Origin: an uncultured virus (IMG/VR IMGVR_UViG_3300050821_004776)
Taxonomy: Duplodnaviria > Heunggongvirae > Uroviricota > Caudoviricetes
Reading direction: 5' to 3' (one strand)
IMG/VR virus record: IMGVR_UViG_3300050821_004776
DNA length: 56,021 nt
Shown: piece by piece, positions 54,701 to 56,021 of the stretch
How positions within the stretch are numbered: position 1 is the first letter of the stretch
Layout of the letters: each line of letters starts with the position of its first letter
The notes under the pieces: generated by a model
Seen by the model: the letters and a program-made list of their open reading frames with translations, nothing else
The model's database searches: none
What the model was told of the DNA's origin: nothing
Translations under genes and position numbers: made by a program

Positions 54701-56021
54701 AAGCTGACCTGAATAAGGAGCAGGCCGCGCTCACGGTCAGCGCCGCGAAGCTCTCCACCGCCGAGAAGAACCTCGGGAACGTCCTGGAGACTTCCATCAC
54801 GGCGGCCCAGGGCGCATCGTTGTCGGCGACATTCAACCTGACGGGCGCGACCAACAACCTGACCTCGGCGCTGGCAGCCGCGCACGGGCAGGCCACCAAG
54901 TCCGTAGCCGTGTATGCCGGCGAGTACTACAACGTCCTGCTCAAGATGGGCGTGGGGACCGCCACGGCGAAGGACGACACCAACGCGCTTCTCCACCAGA
55001 TGGGGCAGACCCCGCAGGCCATCGCCCGGATCGACGCGACCCTGAGCAGGTCCGTGAGTACCTGGGGCAATTATGAGGCCGCGCTCGCGCAGAACTCGAA
55101 GGCCGCCGCTAATTTCAGGCGCGCCACGCAGCAGGATCAGAGCGCCCTCCAGTCGATTCCGGCGTTCACTAATATGTCTGCCCGGGGTTTCCAGCAGCTA
55201 TGGTCCATGATCCAGCAGCAGAACCTGGACATGGTGAACAAGAAGACCAATGATTCCAAGTCCGCATTCGAGGGACTGACCAACTACGGCGTCAAGCTGA
55301 CTAAGGCACAGCTCGATAACCTATGGCATTCCGTGGCCGGCCAGAACCTGGTCATGCTGTCCAAGCAGGCGGATACAACTAAGTCGTCGTTCATCCAGTT
55401 CGCCCGCAACGGCCTGGGGCTCAGCCAGACCGCTGCCGCGAACCTGTGGGGCGAACTGCGGCTCCAGTACCTGGACACCCTGGTAGCCAAGGGGGACAAC
55501 GCCAAGAACAAGTTCATTAACCTCGCCAAGAGCGGCTTCGATCTCACTACTGGCGCGGCCGAGAACCTGTGGAACACCCTCAAGCAGCAGTACCTGGACA
55601 CCCTCGCGACCAAGGCCGGGGAGACCAAGAAGGCGTTCGAGGGCACCGCCGGCCAGCTCGGCGTTACCAAGCAGGCGGCCGACAACCTGTGGGGATCACT
55701 GCATAAGCTCGCCGCCGGCAGCCCCTACAAGGCGGCGGAGTACACGACCTTCAGCGGCGCGGGCTCGATCAAGGCGACCCTGCACATCCCCGGGGTCACG
55801 ACCGGCGGAGTTCCCGACTACTCGCTGCTGTTCTCCGGGCACGCCGCCGGCGGTGTCATCAAGGGCCACGGCGCGGCCGGACAGGACTCCGTCCCCATCA
55901 TGGCCGCGCCCGGGGAGCTGATCATCCCGGCGTCGCACGCCGCGCACTTCGGGGTGGCGGCCAAGAAGGCGGGCATCCCGGGCTTCGCGAGCGGCGGGGT
56001 CGCCGGGCAGATCGCGGGCAT
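51718..56021 (+). CDS. Tape measure protein (partial, runs off the window)
   Basis: GTG after GGAGG; MTRLIGDAYIALLPD; same frame at the end reads HAAGG...DSVPIMAAPGE...GFASGG; Ala/Gly-rich; absent from the ORF track because it has no stop. Confidence 0.92.
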   Translation, partial: MTRLIGDAYIALLPDASLFRSDADAKLRAAISGMKAQIPITGDPRDINAKISAIAAALKGLDGNIRVGMDNREALTDSAQVAAALEALRARAENIPVSLDNAKGLAELYTLLAGADTLGEKLENLEANMSIEQILAQYYKLEAKTDELESRMSHITGDIDMGLSAEKLAILIGDADQLRAILSDMRANTTDAGFLAKIATMQGAVMGVARQLRHMPADADTLPIEASLFKIRAQVEAIDRSLSTMGGADEGTFANLGKIGGSSFANLGKIAGDNADAIRRMDQALRDLNPSAGAAGMALAFLGKQNSMIVASNAGGWWGAATTKIRLFGGALDSVLPHFLTSVSVWHLAADLILEFAAAWGPALIAVGTFAAYAYPVAEKIIGQWKNINTVIDSVGGHLTDLGGSFDTIQRAIEPSIMIAFGEYMSVIGHNAQGLGSALADVGKVVDVWGAAMVGWAAKAQTGFDSIVRVGAKDFAQIGYGFEQFFRIISSLIKDLPGYVHILLTLGDAFLTVTANVVQAMAPVIKLGLAIHGAMLYIGLAVTGIVALTRAMAAGAIARYTGLMGTALTDAGTAAEEGKGKFNAFGNAIGGFAGILAAGSVKTFQYVKSVVSVGRESGIASSGAKLLKDGLALIPFGGVGLAAAGVAAVIGTLLYFALRHGADAADQFGKSMQNLIASSSIINFQRNIQTAVTQTTGKIRQQAQAVQSLMGRPQSGAKFANSLTNIATTGAQSELAKYQQQLAGIIGETSTYYTRMQTLSGVFGSVAGAQSAMNLAGISAGKISTENNGTWQTTLTELKGLAAGYGYMGQYTGQAANQLATLNIASGTTTKNLQALTQAESAWVSMISGGDNAFSNFEQGQGTLKNTMGSSAKSVQTLNFTLGHLQEKIPAYGATMNGLSASSLAVRQAFDSQLGAGTTLYGNLQTLAVASGNTATNQRELAKAGKDIVAQMLPFAAGSKEATAELYAMAQVAGYTGADSFKGLAKWVGNTKGAEADLNKEQAALTVSAAKLSTAEKNLGNVLETSITAAQGASLSATFNLTGATNNLTSALAAAHGQATKSVAVYAGEYYNVLLKMGVGTATAKDDTNALLHQMGQTPQAIARIDATLSRSVSTWGNYEAALAQNSKAAANFRRATQQDQSALQSIPAFTNMSARGFQQLWSMIQQQNLDMVNKKTNDSKSAFEGLTNYGVKLTKAQLDNLWHSVAGQNLVMLSKQADTTKSSFIQFARNGLGLSQTAAANLWGELRLQYLDTLVAKGDNAKNKFINLAKSGFDLTTGAAENLWNTLKQQYLDTLATKAGETKKAFEGTAGQLGVTKQAADNLWGSLHKLAAGSPYKAAEYTTFSGAGSIKATLHIPGVTTGGVPDYSLLFSGHAAGGVIKGHGAAGQDSVPIMAAPGELIIPASHAAHFGVAAKKAGIPGFASGGVAGQIAG

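Overview
A high-GC tailed (siphovirus-type) phage genome segment, almost certainly from an actinobacteriophage. No host genes or integrase are visible. 1-3308 holds small leftward hypothetical genes separated by five copies of a 45-bp hairpin-plus-RBS repeat that shows compensatory changes and signs of reassortment. 3310-6100 is a 2.8-kb non-coding zone with two large multi-helix domains, four tandem arrays, a 36-bp perfect palindrome and a probable genome-end (cos) region. From 6162 to the end is a rightward arm: HNH endonuclease, secreted FN3-GH12 protein, initiator-like tRNA-Met, DUF3310/DUF6378/DUF4406, TerS, TerL, MazG, intein-split portal, prohead protease and HK97 capsid. About 19.5 kb of accessory genes then separate the capsid from the head-tail adaptor, including a VIT1-like transporter, papain-fold peptidases, a near-complete amino-deoxysugar and glycosyltransferase pathway, dCMP deaminase and Ser/Thr-rich fibre proteins. 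The arm ends with an HNH, a TVGYG K+ channel, tail genes, a candidate frameshifted tail chaperone and a tape measure gene that runs off the window. All family calls come from motif recognition by eye, not database searches.
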